Origin: Hyaloraphidium curvatum SAG 235-1
Lineage: Eukaryota > Fungi > Monoblepharomycota
Assembly: GCA_025558095.1 (NCBI GenBank)
Contig: JAIVFI010000045.1
Span: 142,728-206,727 of the forward strand
DNA length: 64,000 bases
Direction of reading: 5' to 3'
Part shown: in pieces, positions 1-10,776 of the stretch
Layout of the letters: every line of letters starts with the position of its first letter
Position numbering within the stretch: the stretch's first letter is position 1
Notes under the pieces: generated by a model
What the model was told of the DNA's origin: nothing
Databases searched by the model: none
Seen by the model: the letters and a program-made list of their open reading frames with translations, nothing else
Program-made: the position numbers and the translations under genes

Positions 1-1409
1 GTGGGACGCCCTCTGGACGGCATGGGAGACGGTGACGGAGCGGATGATCCCCGCGGACAGGGTGCTCGAGAGGCCGATCGCGCTGAGGCACCCGTTCGTC
101 TTCTACCTCGGGCACATCCCCGGGTTCCTCGACATCATGGTCGACAAGGCCATGAAGTGGGGGCTGATGGAGCCGGCCTACTACGCCGACATCTTCGAGC
201 GCGGGATCGGTGAGCATTTCGCATTCGGAGTTTGGTGCTGGTCGCTCACGCTTCGCCTGAAGACCCCGACATGGACGATCCCACCAAGTGCCACCCGCAC
301 TCGCTCGTGCCGGACGTGTGGCCCCCGCGCCACGAAATCCTCGAGTACAAGGGACGGGTGCGCGCCCGCATCGAAGCGCTATGCGCCGCGCACGAGCGCG
401 CCGTCGCCGAGGGCGTGGACGAGGTCGACGGCACGAGGATCCCCAAAGAGCTCGGCCGTGCCCTGTGGATGGCGTACGAGCACCAGGCCATGCACCTCGA
501 GACCATCATCTGTGAGTTGGACGTTGCTTTCTTCGCATGCCTTTCTCCTGACGCCGGGCTTCTTCAGACATGCTGGTTCAGTCGCCCAACATCGCGGCGC
601 CGATCGATATCGTGCCTGTTCCCATGCCCCGGCACAAGGAGCTCGTCGTCCCTTCTGAAGCGGCCATGGTCTCGCTCCCCGGCGGTACCTTCATGCGGGG
701 CATCCCCTTCTCCGTCGATCCCGCAGGGAACCTGCTCGGCTGGGACAACGAGTCGCCCGCGCACGAGGTCACGGTGGCGCCCTTCAAGATGCAGGAACGG
801 CCCGTCACCAACGTCGAGTACCTCGCCTTCCTCGACTCGGTCCTGCCCCAGGGCTGGCGCACGCAGAGCCCGCTGGACGAGCTCGTCCCCTCCTCCTGGC
901 ACGTCGCCGAGGACGGTTCGATCTCGGTCAAGACGGCGCTGGGCCGGCTGCCCATGCTCACTGCACAGCACTGGCCGCTCTTCGGCTCGTGCGCGCAGGG
1001 CGAGGCCTACGCGGCGTCCAAGGGCATGCGGCTCGCGACCGAGGACGAGATGGCCTTCGCGATCAAGACCGAGGGCAAACAGGCCGGCGAGGGCATGTGC
1101 GAGGCCAACGTGGGCTTCGCCCTCTGGCACCCGTCCGACGTCGTCTCAGTTGGACCCTCGGACGGCAAGCTCAAGCACGTCCTCGGGCACGGCTGGGAGT
1201 GGACGTCGACAACCTTTGCGCCCTTCGACGGCTTCGTCTCGGACGCCATGTATCCCGGCTACAGCTCCGACTTTTTCGACGGCAAGCACAACACCATCCT
1301 CGGCGGCAGCTGGGCCACCGTGCCCATGATCGCCGGCAGGGAATCCTTCAGGAATTGGTACCAGAAGACTTATCCCTTCGTCTTCTGCAAGTTCAGATGC
1401 GCACTTTAG
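1..1409 (+). CDS. egt1: Ergothioneine biosynthesis Egt1-like sulfoxide synthase (DinB-like + FGE-sulfatase domains), 5'-partial; introns 210-262 and 512-567
   Basis: Spliced translation WDALWTAWETVT..ERPIALRHPFVFYLGHIP..FERGIDPDMDDPTKCHPHS..EHQAMHLETIIYML..GWDNESP..GWEWTST..YPGYSSDFFDGKH..GGSWAT..FRNWYQ matches fungal Egt1 motifs; the GT..AG introns restore the frame. Confidence 0.9.
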
Positions 1410-1554
1410 ATCTTGTACAGTTTGAAAAATCAATCTTCTTCGATGCTCGATCTTCGGGTCATCGTCAGTCACCCTCCTTGCTCGGAACTCCGGTCCCAAA
1501 CACGAGCGCTTTCTCGCCATTTCACGCGTTCTAGAGTCGGCAATTGAGCTCTAT

Positions 1555-2467
1555 ATGGCGGCCTCTCCGCTCAGCATCATCATCACGGGATCAGCCAACG
1601 GCATCGGGCGCCATCTCGCCTATACCTTCCTCTCGTCGCCTCGACGGCACTGTGTGACTGCCCTGGACCTGGACAGCCAATCGCTCGGCCGTCTGCGCGC
1701 GATCTTTGAGCGGCAGAATCCGAAGCTGGAGGACCTCGACTCGCGGCTCCTCGTCGTCACGTGCGACGTGGGAGACGCGAAAAGCGTCGAGGACGCGGTC
1801 AACCAACACGTTGCTGCGTTCGGGGGGGTTGACGTCGTCATCAACAACGCATCTCCTGCGCCTAAGGATTTTGGCAAACCTGTCGACGGGACCGGCATGG
1901 TTTCCGTTGAAAGCTTTGAGCGGTCGCTTCGAACGGGCTTGGTCGGACCGTTCCTTCTGTCACGCTCCGCCGCCCCGTACCTGAAGAAGTCTGCAAACAA
2001 GGGGAGGATCATCAACATTACGAGCACTAGGGCACACCAGTCGGAACCTACCGGGGAAGGATGTTAGGTCCTTCGTCGTCCTCCTCCTACGCCGTTGACG
2101 CCTCCAATTGGCAGACGCGGCTGCAAAAGGTGGCCTATATTCGCTCACCCACTCCATGGCCATGTCGCTCTCACCTCATGTCCTCGTGAATGCGATTGCG
2201 CCCGGATGGATCGATGTGAGGCACTTGAACACCGCCGCCCTCTCCGAGTCGACGTCGAAGGACGGCATCTTCGTCGACGTGGATCCCATCCCTGAGAACG
2301 AGCACCGACAGCAACCTGTTGGCCGCGTGGGCACACCTGATGACATCGCGGCTTGTGTTGTTTTTCTTGCCGAAGAGGAAAGGGGGTTTCTGCAGGGGCA
2401 GGAGATCGTCGTCGACGGCGGGATGACGAAGAGAATGATCTACGACGAAATACCGCAGCACTTGTAG
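1555..2467 (+). CDS. Short-chain dehydrogenase/reductase; intron 2063-2114
   Basis: TGSANGIG, NNA, spliced YAAAK catalytic motif, VNAIAPGWID, VDGG. Confidence 0.9.
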
Positions 2468-2624
2468 CGAAACTCCCCGGCACTACAGATCCGTTTTTCA
2501 ATCGCAGCAAACGCCTCTATCGTGGAGATCGACGACGAGAGTCCGGAACACGCCGGGTGACCGGGTGCCGACCGCCGCCACACGGCCTTCGTACTCCGCA
2601 CATCTCGCCGCGTGTACCTGGAGA

Positions 2625-4114
2625 ATGACCTCAATAGGGTCTGCATCTGCACCTCAAGCCGCTGAGGCAAAAGCGGCGCCGCCGGCGATCCCAAAGGCGC
2701 TTTCTCGGACTGCCACCGTGCTTTCTTCTTCACGGATGCGCCTCACCGTGTTCCTCAGCCGACACGGCGAATCGGAGTTCAATCTCACTGGCCGCGTTGG
2801 CGGCGATTCGGACTTGAGCGCCATGGGCCACGTTTACGCCCGGAAGCTCCCGGAAACAATGGCCAAGGTGGGCTGCCTCCCACGTCCGAGCTTCGCGTCG
2901 AAACCGCTAACCTCCCTCGTCCGGCTCAGATTCTGCCTGAATCGGTGGAAACGTTGCACATTTGGACGTCAACGTTGCGGAGGACACATTCCACGGCGGC
3001 TCATTTTCCGGAGAACTATCCCCGGAAGAGCTGGTCCGAGCTCGACGAAATCTACGCCGGGGATTGCGACGAGTACACCTACGAGGAGATTGAAGAAAAG
3101 TGGCCCGAGGTCATGGAGGACAGGGAGCGCGACAAGTTCAACTTTCGGTGGGTCGTTCTATCTGGGAATCTCGGTCTCGCTGACGACAGTCGGCCCACAG
3201 GTATCCGAACGGGGAGTCTTACTCGGATATCACGGATCGGCTGCTCCCATTGCTCCACCATTTGCAAGATGTCCTCTCTTCACCTTCCTTCCTGTCGTCC
3301 GAGGATCGGTCTCCGCGGGAAGCGGTCCTCATTATCGGACATCAGGCCGTCCTGCGTTGTGTCCTCGCCATGCTGAAGAAGAACGTGGCAGACGACGAGG
3401 TTCCTTACGTCAAGGTTCCGTTACACACGCTGATGAGGGTGGAGTGGGGAGGAGACAAGCCCGCCCTGGAAAAGCGATGGTGTGTTCATCGATCGTTCCA
3501 TGTTGGCAGGCGCTCATGTCTTCCTCATGTTCTGAAGGCGCATGGACATTCCCGGAGCCGATACCCATCGGGAAGCGCAGGCAAAACGGACTAATGCTCC
3601 GCCGGAACCCGAAGTTCCCTACTCGCCGATCTATTTGTCGAGCTTGAAGCCCGACATCGAGCTTCCACTAGCTCCTGCAAAGGCCGACTCGGCTCAGAAC
3701 ACACAACCGGCCGCCGTCGAGGACTCTTCGACAAGGAACGGAGGCAAAGCAGGGCCGGACGAAAGCGCGGCCACTTCAGCAGGGCCATTGCCCATTGTTG
3801 GACACGCTGCTGTCGGGGCCTCGGTTTCGCACGCGGCTCCAACACCCATCAACACCAAGCCTCCCATATTTGCGCTTGCGTTGACCCCTCCGCCGGGCCC
3901 TTCGGCATTGGGCGGTGGGGATCAGGCGGACCTTGTTCCAACCTTGATCCGCGTGCCGTCTGTTGTCGACGTTGCGTTGGTGGCCGAGAATCTGGACTCT
4001 AAAGTCGACGACAACAACAACCCGTCGCTGCAGCTTCCCAAGGGGTTGCCAACTGGGCCCTTTGCGGATCGAATGAACAGGGGGAAGAGCTTTTCGTACG
4101 GAGATTCCCATTGA
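2625..4114 (+). CDS. Histidine phosphatase, fructose-2,6-bisphosphatase-like domain with low-complexity C-terminal tail (multi-exon)
   Basis: RHGESEFN..GGDSDLS, IWTSTLRRT, LDEIYAGDCD..TYEEI, RYPNGESY, IIGHQAVLRC, VPLHT across spliced exons. Confidence 0.8.
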
Positions 4115-4167
4115 TCGTTGGTATAGAATTATGTAACACTTCAAGCTCTTGGCACCGTCCCATTCTC

Positions 4168-7100
4168 TCACGCCGAGCCAGAAGGACGAGGTTGTCCGAG
4201 AAGCTTCGCCAGCGCGCTCGACACTGGCGCAGTCTTGAGCCTTTCCCTTTCGACCATGCTCTCGAAAGAATCCTCTCGTTCCTCCTCCTCGTACTGCCGC
4301 AAGTAGTCCCGCCCTTCGTTCAGGAACCTCCCCACTTCGTTGAAGAATCCGACCGCCCTCTCCCGGTCCCCCTGGTTTCCGTCCCTCGCTTTGTGCAGCT
4401 CCCGCGATATCATGCCCTTCCAGGTGTTGAGGTCGTTCCAGCTCGCGGTCTGCTTGGCCTCCAAAGCCTCGTGCTCCTGCGTCAAGCGCGCCACATCTTT
4501 TCTGAGCTGATCATTCTCGCGCTCCAGCTGGTTCAGTCTCCTTAAGATGCCCGACAGGCCATCTTCGCGATCGGAATCAGTTGATCCGTCCACCGAGTCC
4601 ATGATTGGCGTCACTTCATCGTCGAGGGAGGCAGCAGAAGGGGCGCTGGCCCGGACTCCATCCAGACGATCCTGCGACCCCAGAATGACGCGGTCGTCCT
4701 GAGTTTGGTGTTGTCCGTGCAGAAGCCGCGATGAGCCCGTCGATTCTTTCAGAGGTCGTTTCGCCGCGGCACTCTCCGCGCCCGATTCCTCCAGCTCGAG
4801 ATCGTCAAGCTTCCGCTTACTGCGGCCCACCGGCTCCGATTTCCGACGACTGCCTTCTTTAGACGCCTGAATGGCGAAGTGCGTGAGCACCATGGCGAGG
4901 GAAGCCTATGAATGACTAACCGCGCCACTTTCGATCGGCAACACCTCCGACTTCCGTGCCTTGGCCATCGCACCACGTTCCCGCGCCAATGCGTTGCAAA
5001 GCTTGCAACCTCTGTTCACAAAAAGATTGACTGTATCCACGAATCGATGCGTTGGCTCCCCTCGGCACTCAAAAACAACGCGGCGACTGGATCCTTTGGT
5101 TATGCGCGTGGGATCCTGGAAAAGCTGCCCCTTGTTCTCCACCCTGCACTGCACTGCCAGAGGATCATCCGGTTGAAGATCACGCACCACCATCGCCGCG
5201 ATGTGGGGGTGAGTGTCCGCAAGCGTTTCTTTGACCGCAGCCGCCTTGCAGTCCCTGCAGCCATAGTGCACGAAATAGTTCACCGTATCCGCGACTCGGT
5301 GCGTTGGCTCTCCCCGGCATTCGAAAACGACGTGGCGACGGGATACTGGAGATAGGAGCGTGGGATCCTGCAAAAGCTGGCCGCTGTTTTCTTCCCTGCA
5401 CTTAACCGCCAACGGATCGTCCGGTTGAAGATCGCGCACCACCATCGCCGCGATGTCGGGGTAGGCGTCCGCAAGCGTTTCCTTAACCGGTGGTCCCTTG
5501 CACTCCCTGCAGCCATTGCGCACGAAAACGCCGACCGTCTCCACTTGTCGGTGCGATTGCTCCCCCCGGCACTCGAAAACGACGCGGCGACTGGATCCTT
5601 TGGATAGCAGCGCGGGATCCTGGAAAAGCCGGCCCTTGTTCTCCTCCCTGCACTGCACCGCCAACGGATCATCCGGTTGAAGATCCCGCACCACCATCGC
5701 CGCGATGTCGGGGTGAGTGTCCGCGAGTGATTTACCGGCTGCTGCCTTGCAGTCCCTGCAGCCATTCCGCAAGAAAATTTGGACCATGTCCACGAATCGG
5801 TGCGATGGCTCCCCCCGGCACTCGAAAACGACGCGGCGACTGGATCCTTTGGATAGCAGCGCGGGATCCTGGAAAAGCCGGCCCTTGTTCTCCTCCCTGC
5901 ACTGCACCGCCAACGGATCATCCGGTTGAAGATCCCGCACCACCATCGCCGCGATGTCGGGGTGAGTGTCCGCGAGTGATTTACCGGCTGCTGCCTTGCA
6001 GTCCCTGCAGCCATTCCGCAAGAAAATTTGGACCATGTCCACGAATCGGTGCGATGGCTCCCCCCGGCACTCGAAAACAACGCGGCGACTGGATCCTTTG
6101 GATAGCAGCGCGGGATCCTGGAAAAGCCGGCCCTTGTTCTCCTCCCTGCACTGCACCGCCAACGGATCATCCGGTTGAAGATCCCGCACCACCATCGCCG
6201 CGATGTCGGGGTGGGTGTCCGCAAGCGTTTCTTTGACCACAGCCGCCTTGCATTCCCTGCAGCCAACGCGCAAGAAAACGTGAACTGCCTCCGCAAATCG
6301 GTGAGCTGGCTCCTCCGGGCACTCGAAAACGACGTAGCGACTGGATCCTTTGGATATGAGCGTGGGATCCTGAAAAAGCTGGCCATTGTTTTCCTCCCTG
6401 CATTTGGCCGCCAACGGATCATCCGGCTGAAGATCGCGCACCACCATGGCCGCGATGTCGGGGTGAGTTTCCGCAAGCGATTGCTTGAACCACTTCCTCG
6501 CCGGTTCGGGAGACTGCTCGTCGCCATCAGAGCCGTTCGCAACGCTCTGCCGATCATCACTTCCCGCCTGCAATCCGTGCCCAGGCAGATGCAGCTGATC
6601 ACCAGCGGCATCCTCCGGTTCCGAATGAATGTCATCCTCCGCGCTGGCGGCATCCGTCTTCTCCCAACACAACGGGCACGAGGGAGGGTTCTTCCTTAGA
6701 GCAAAGCTCTTGATGACGGCACTCCAAAGATGGGAAGGATCGTCCGGGCATCGCAAGACGACCATCTTGTTGGAAAACTTTCTCAGCTCAGCCGGATTCT
6801 GCCACAGCTTGCCACCGTTGATGGGATGCCCTTTGCACTTCAGGGCTACCTCCGAGTTCTCGTCCACGTCCTGAGCTACCATGCTGGCCAAATCAGGGCG
6901 CAAGGGCCTCGGTGCCTTCAAGAGGGGCGGCTTCTCGAGTTCGTCCGCATCGTCCTCCTCTGAACTAGCCCCTTCTGCATCCTCGGCAGAGGCCAATACC
7001 GGATCTTTCGGCGTCGATCGAGTCCCTCTTGCTTTGGTCAGCTTCTGCGTAGGCGCTTCATCGCTCTCAAGAGGAGGCTTCCGCGTCCGGCGGCGTTTCG

Positions 7101-8836
7101 GCTCGCTAGAGCTTTGTCCGTCGAGCTCGTTGCCGCGCCGCTTTGCCAACCGAGCAGAGGCATGGCGCTCAGGGCTCGCCAAGGAAGACCGGTGAGGGCT
7201 GCTGCCTCCAGCAACACCACTGACGTCGGATCCAAGGTCGTCCTTGACGAGGCGTGCGTTAGGGCGGTACGTCGAAACGGAACGCAAACAAACCTCCTCA
7301 TCTGACGCGAACTTCAGCGAGCTTCCAGAGAAGCTCTCGGATCGCGGCTCCGGAGTCTCGACTTTTGCCAGTGTTGCAACGCGATCGATCGACTGAGAAG
7401 ACGCGGAACTCGGGGAATCGGACACATTTGGCTCGCGAGGCGCACGAGTCCGGGTGTGGGGCCGCCGAAAGCTTTCTGGAGCCTCGAGGGGTGCTTCGAT
7501 GTCCGCGGCATGTGCGGAATCCGCAGTCAGCAAAGGAATGTCCAGATTGGTCTGCCACCTCGTCCGTGGCCCGTCCCTGGTCGTTGGCGGAGACATCCTG
7601 CCATCCCGGACCTTGGGCGCGGTTGACACAGGCTCCAAAGTCTTCCTGCGAAGCCTCGCCGCATAGTCGCCAGCCTTTAGGCTTGCAACCGTCCCTTTGG
7701 CCGTTTGCACAGTCAAAGACTTGGTCCGTGCGCCCCTCCGCGCGGCGTTTGCGGCGATAGGCTGCTCAATGATCTCCGATGTTGGAGAGGAAAGTCCACT
7801 TCGCCGTGGTTGCTCTTGCCGCTGCTGCTGAGGAACATGCATCAGAACAGGGTGATGGTGCTCTTCCTCGAGGACTCACATAGAGTAATACGGGATCATC
7901 ATCTTCACCTTCGCTCGAGTTCGAAACCAAATGCACGGGTCGTTCTCGGACACGCCCTTTCGGGCTCTCCGGCGGAAGGGAAGAGGCGCGTCCACGCGAG
8001 CGCAACGGCCTCGGGGTCCGAGCAGAAACAGAATCGGAACTCGACGAGCGGTTCCTCCTTCTGAACTTGCCGGCAACAACACCGCCGTCTTGTGATGCCG
8101 AGGGCGAAGGCACTTCAGTGCCGATTCCCATTGCGAACAAGCTTTCTTTGATGGCTCGGTCCCTCCTGTTCAGAACCATCCTCTCGAACGCTCCGTTTGC
8201 ATGGTAGCTCAGCAGCTTGCGCTGCTCGACGCTCTCTGCTGTCAAGGGAACCACCGTATCCTCCGGCTGCACCCATCCGACGCGTCCCCCGTCGTTGACG
8301 TACCTGGGAAGCCAGTGAGGTCACTTTCCAATCTGCTTTCGCAGCAACGACAGAGAACTGACTGCACCGGCAGCGCATCAACGCCCTCATCGTCCTGAGT
8401 TTTTCGAAAGTAATCCCTATTCTGCTTCTTGAGATTCGCCATGTCGCTAAGGTCGACGACCATCGCTGGCCAGGGCGGGAACTTGTCGTCGGTTTCGCCC
8501 TTCGACACGCGAAAGGGAAAGGTAGCATGGTGAGATAGAGACAAGCAAGCAACTTTGAGAACGGAGACGCGTCCCCGGGTCCGCCGAAACGCGTCCTCCA
8601 GATCCTGGACGAACTCGGGGCGACAGTCCCTCCATCCCCCCTCCCCCATGTTGGCATCGAATCCCGAAAATGCCGCGCCATGCTCTCCCATGGCATAATT
8701 CAGACATCGCACTCACCTCGTCGTAATTGGGGACGACAAGCAGGTATGTGCCGGGGGGATACCGATTGACGTCCTTTTGCCCATTGCTGCTGGTGCCCCT
8801 TCCCCGGGTCTGGCGCCTCCCGGGGCTTGCCGACAT
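4168..8836 (-). CDS. Large multi-exon protein: N-terminal PWWP-like domain, disordered linker, 7 zinc-ribbon (DUF4379-like) repeats, C-terminal coiled coil
   Basis: ORFs 4168-4893, 4906-7842, 7766-8272 and 8242-8836 join in frame via GT..AG introns (e.g. 4867-4920). Motifs: FPPWPAMVVD..VQYVNDGGRVGWV; repeats LADTHPDIA..P..LSKGS.R.VVFEC...H....GCxxC. Confidence 0.75.
4990..6490 (-). repeat. Coding tandem repeat, six units of 249-252 bp (83-84 aa); a seventh degenerate unit lies near 6660-6900
   Basis: Near-identical units seen directly (5717-5965 vs 5966-6214). Confidence 0.95.
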
Positions 8837-9001
8837 CGCGCGTCTTCCGATGCGGCGCGAAATTCAATTCTGCGCCGACGCGCCTTTCGCGACGGGCGCG
8901 CAATACGCGCCTACCCGCGAAGGCGGAAAAGGAGCGAAAAGCGCCGCAGTCGAGCGATCACTCGCTCTTTCTCACTCCTCTGGCCACCAGGAGCCCATAA
9001 A

Positions 9002-9050
9002 GACCACTTCAATCAACGCGTGCTTGACCTCTTCAATCAACGCGTGCTTG
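9002..9050. repeat. 2 x 24-bp tandem repeat in divergent promoter region
   Basis: GACC(A/T)CTTCAATCAACGCGTGCTT occurs twice. Confidence 0.85.
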
Positions 9051-9383
9051 CTTTAGTCTAGGTAAAGTTGATCCGTTGGATCCGTTGGAGCGGGATCGGC
9101 GTGGTCGACTTGGTCTCGAGATCTCGACGAGATTCGCGGTCAAACGCCGCAGGGAAAAGAATGAATGCCACCGACGTGCTTCTCGAGAGCTACTCTTACG
9201 AATACGATGAATGGAGAGCTATTCAATGGCTGAATCCGCGTTTGTTCTGGTAGGTTCTGGCAGAGTCCGGGATCCGGGAATGCTCCGCCGCAGGACCGCG
9301 CCGCGCAAGCAGTTCCTGCTCACTACAAATCTCGAGACACCCGGGAAGGACCGGTCGCAACCAATCTACTCCAGTACGACACT

Positions 9384-10634
9384 ATGCATCATCGTCGTCA
9401 CCCGCTGGAGGACCTGTTTGCCTACGGCGGGCCGCCGTGGAGCGCGCTGAACCCTCGTGCGGGAGATGGCCCCTGGAACTCCGCGTCGCTCTTCAACGAC
9501 CCCTTCTTCACGAACTACGGTCGCTTCGGCAGCGGCGCCAGTCCTTGGGGCGTCGCCGCGCCCGCGGAGCCTTCCAATCGCACGGACACAGGATCGGGAC
9601 ACGGACAGTCGGCCGGTTCCCGCACCCCTTCTCCTCAGGACTCATCGCGCTCCATGGGCCGGAACTCCCGTTATGAAGTCGATGGTGCGCCGCCCTCGGA
9701 GACTGCTCCAGTTTCGTCGAGAGTGTCACGCGCACCGCAACGCACTGTTCGCTTGAGGCGATTCCCGTTCTACTTCCCGACTCCCTACTGCGATCAATGT
9801 GACTCGGACGAGGACGATTATGGGATGGATTATCTTCCCTTTGGAGACCTGTTCTGGTCGGATTTCCCGCGGGGATGGTACGAGCCTCGCCAGCCCGCGA
9901 CGCGGAAGGCTCCTGGCCACACCGATGCCGCGGCGGCCGTTGCTCCCAAACCACCACCAGCTTCATCGACACCTCCATTTGAAGAAGAGCCGAGGCCTGT
10001 GAGAAAGACCGCTCCTGAGCAAGCCGAGTTGCGCTCCCCGGCGTCGCCAGCCGCGCCTGCGAAGGACATGGACTTTGAGACGTCGCTCAGCCACAAGGAA
10101 ATGCTCTACTCCGCGTTGGACTCCATGGACATTAAGCATAAGGACGTTGGCGGAGCTGGCGATTGCCTTTTTTTGTCGCTGAGCGACCAGATCGCCAACT
10201 ATCGCGCTCCCTTCGGAAACACGAAGCAGGCACGTTTTCCGAAGCTCAGTGCCAACCAGATCCGCGGCATCGTGGTCGACGAGATCGCAACGTCGAGAGA
10301 TCTGTACAAGTGGGACGTGCTTGCCCTCGTAAACGGCAATGCACGATCGGAAGACGAGGCATTCGACGCCTACGTTGCAAAAATGGCGCGCCCGGGCGAG
10401 TACGGCGACGCAATCTGCCTCGCTGCTTTCGCCAGGGTCTTTGACTGCGGCGTCGTTGTCTGGATGTGGGACGACAAGAAGGACCGTTTGAGCCGCGTGA
10501 TCGTAGAGTGGGAGGAAGACGGGGACGGACCGCGGGTGGAGAAGCGGAGGCTGCACGTGGGCTGGTTTCCTGCGGGAGAAGGCGAAAGCGGAAATCACTA
10601 CTTTTCGGTGTTTCCTGGCGATGTGGAGCTGTAG
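9384..10634 (+). CDS. OTU-domain cysteine protease (deubiquitinase-like) with disordered N-terminus
   Basis: GAGDCLFLSLSDQ (catalytic Cys), GEYGD helix, C-terminal NHY (catalytic His). Confidence 0.85.
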   Translation: MHHRRHPLEDLFAYGGPPWSALNPRAGDGPWNSASLFNDPFFTNYGRFGSGASPWGVAAPAEPSNRTDTGSGHGQSAGSRTPSPQDSSRSMGRNSRYEVDGAPPSETAPVSSRVSRAPQRTVRLRRFPFYFPTPYCDQCDSDEDDYGMDYLPFGDLFWSDFPRGWYEPRQPATRKAPGHTDAAAAVAPKPPPASSTPPFEEEPRPVRKTAPEQAELRSPASPAAPAKDMDFETSLSHKEMLYSALDSMDIKHKDVGGAGDCLFLSLSDQIANYRAPFGNTKQARFPKLSANQIRGIVVDEIATSRDLYKWDVLALVNGNARSEDEAFDAYVAKMARPGEYGDAICLAAFARVFDCGVVVWMWDDKKDRLSRVIVEWEEDGDGPRVEKRRLHVGWFPAGEGESGNHYFSVFPGDVEL

Positions 10635-10776
10635 CTGTCGTATATGAGTCTCTCTTCGTTGTTATCCGTTTCCTTCGTGACATGATTTGCGCCTCTCGCG
10701 TGCGGAGGAATGCTTGTCCGCAGCCCCTTGCGTCCCCGCCTCAGCGCCCCTTCGCTGAGCGACGCGACGCGAAACG

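Noticed and set aside
4990-6490. CRISPR-like or non-coding repeat array
   Set aside because: Units are in-frame multiples of 3 with no unique spacers; this is a coding repeat.
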